A stretch of 24,000 nt of DNA, taken from NCBI GenBank assembly GCA_023705905.1, contig BPTK01000014.1, positions 10,740 to 34,739 of the forward strand, given 5' to 3'. The notes under the pieces are model-generated. The model was not told the DNA's origin, did no database searches, and worked only from the letters and a program-made list of their open reading frames with translations. The position numbers and the translations under genes were made by a program. The DNA comes from Candidatus Heimdallarchaeota archaeon. GTDB lineage: Archaea > Asgardarchaeota > Heimdallarchaeia > Heimdallarchaeales > Heimdallarchaeaceae. This document shows, one piece after another, positions 22,859-24,000 of this stretch; the stretch's first letter is position 1; each line of letters starts with the position of its first letter.

Positions 22859-24000
22859 TTATTGTTGTGCAATATTCTCCATTGAACCAATTATCTTTTT
22901 CACTACTTCCCAGATAATTGCAACGCTTTCTACTTCCACATACTCTTCTGTTGTATGAACATTTTTTATCGTTGGACCAATTGATGAAACACTAAGTTTT
23001 GGATTTAATTTTAGAAACATCCCACACTCCAATCCTGCATGTAATGCTTCCAGCTTAACTTCCTTTCCTAGTACTTCTTCATAATTTTCTTTAACCATCT
23101 TAAGGAAAGGAGAATCTAAATCGGGTTTCCATCCAGGATAAGTTTCTGTTAAACTCACTTCAGCTCCTAATGATTCACCTAGGATCTTGATTTTTTCTCT
23201 TGCTTCATTCAATTTTTCGTCAACTGAACTTCTCGTGCTTACTGATATTTCTACTCTATCAGCTAATGTCTTAACCACTGCTAGATTGTTTGAAGTTTGA
23301 ACCAATCCCTCAATTTCTGAACTCATAGATATCACTCCATGGTGTAGTTCGGAGATTAATGAGCAAATATCAGCTGTTTGTTCTGCTGAAAATCCTTTTG
23401 CATCTTTTAGTTTTATTTCAGATATCTCTATTTTTATCTTAGGTTCAAATTCTTTCATCATTGAACCAGCTGTTCTCTTCCAATGATTCAAAACTTTCAA
23501 TACCATAGCTTTGTTTCCTTTAGGAACAAGAAAATCACAAGTAAACTCTCCTGGAATAGCATTGAGTACTGTCCCCCCAGAAATATTGCTTAGCAATAGT
23601 TTAGCATTTTTCTCTTCTTGTTTTTCTAGATAATCTTGTACCTTTGTTAATGCATCTACTCCCACTTTTATAGCATTCAACCTTCTTTTATCAATTTCCA
23701 TCCCCGAATGCCCGCCTAGCAACTCACTAATCTCTAATCTTATTCCTTTCCAACCTTTAACAGAGATCTTTTCTACGGGGATAGTTAGTATTGTATCTCC
23801 TCCTCCAGCACTGCTAATTGTTATTTCTCCCAAGACTTCGCTATCAAGATTAAGAAGATAATCACCTGTAAAGAACCCTTTTTTCATTCGAAGAGCACCA
23901 GTCATACCAGTTTCTTCATCAACGGTCAAAAGCACTTCAAGAGGACCATGTTCTAGTTCTTCATCAATTAGAGCAGCAAGACCTAGCACTATACCTATAC
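22859..24000 (-). CDS. pepD: aminoacyl-histidine (Xaa-His) dipeptidase PepD, M20C family; N-terminus beyond window edge
   Basis: HGPLEVLLTVDEETGMTGA, GGHSGMEI, YPGWKPDLDSPFL, LHAGLECGMF and SIGPTIKNVHTTEEYVEVESV match E. coli PepD blocks (HGPLEVLLTMTEEAGMDGA, GGHSG, YPGWQPDANSP, IHAGLECGLF, SIGPTITGPHSPDE). The frame stays open to base 24000. Confidence 0.9.
   Translation of the reverse strand, partial: IGIVLGLAALIDEELEHGPLEVLLTVDEETGMTGALRMKKGFFTGDYLLNLDSEVLGEITISSAGGGDTILTIPVEKISVKGWKGIRLEISELLGGHSGMEIDKRRLNAIKVGVDALTKVQDYLEKQEEKNAKLLLSNISGGTVLNAIPGEFTCDFLVPKGNKAMVLKVLNHWKRTAGSMMKEFEPKIKIEISEIKLKDAKGFSAEQTADICSLISELHHGVISMSSEIEGLVQTSNNLAVVKTLADRVEISVSTRSSVDEKLNEAREKIKILGESLGAEVSLTETYPGWKPDLDSPFLKMVKENYEEVLGKEVKLEALHAGLECGMFLKLNPKLSVSSIGPTIKNVHTTEEYVEVESVAIIWEVVKKIIGSMENIAQQ

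Overview
This is an AT-rich window (about 30% GC by eye, not computed), densely coding, and looks archaeal. The gene content suggests an Asgard/Lokiarchaeia-type genome: eukaryote-like Ubl enzymes, LRR proteins, an integrin-like FG-GAP protein, and sequon-rich surface proteins anchored at both ends. That taxonomic call is inference only. I support about 20 CDS, one TnpB mobile element with a candidate guide RNA, one coding tandem repeat and one repeated intergenic motif. I saw no tRNA, rRNA or CRISPR array. The main result is a tightly packed minus-strand four-gene cassette at 14151-16942. It encodes a UBA5-like E1, a JAB/MPN+ metalloprotease, a UFM1-like modifier that ends in a bare Gly, and a UFC1-like E2. 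This is a UFM1-type (not ubiquitin-type) conjugation system in which a JAMM protease takes the place of the eukaryotic UfSP cysteine protease. Its four-part make-up also matches bacterial Bil-type defence operons. Downstream, four otherwise unrelated proteins share a C-terminal winged-helix module ending in a LLxQFxxWE tail: two LRR proteins, a TM-anchored helical protein whose layout resembles DDRGK1/UFBP1, and a 1198-aa beta-helix receptor-like surface protein. These may be adaptors or substrates of the cassette. A 25-nt intergenic motif occurs upstream of three minus-strand transcription units in the same region. Other notable points: the UFC1-like gene shows homology for 42 codons upstream of its only canonical start codon, and the GC-richer TnpB element appears to lack the canonical RuvC-II glutamate. 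All homology statements rest on my recall of family motifs and reference sequences. No database search was run.
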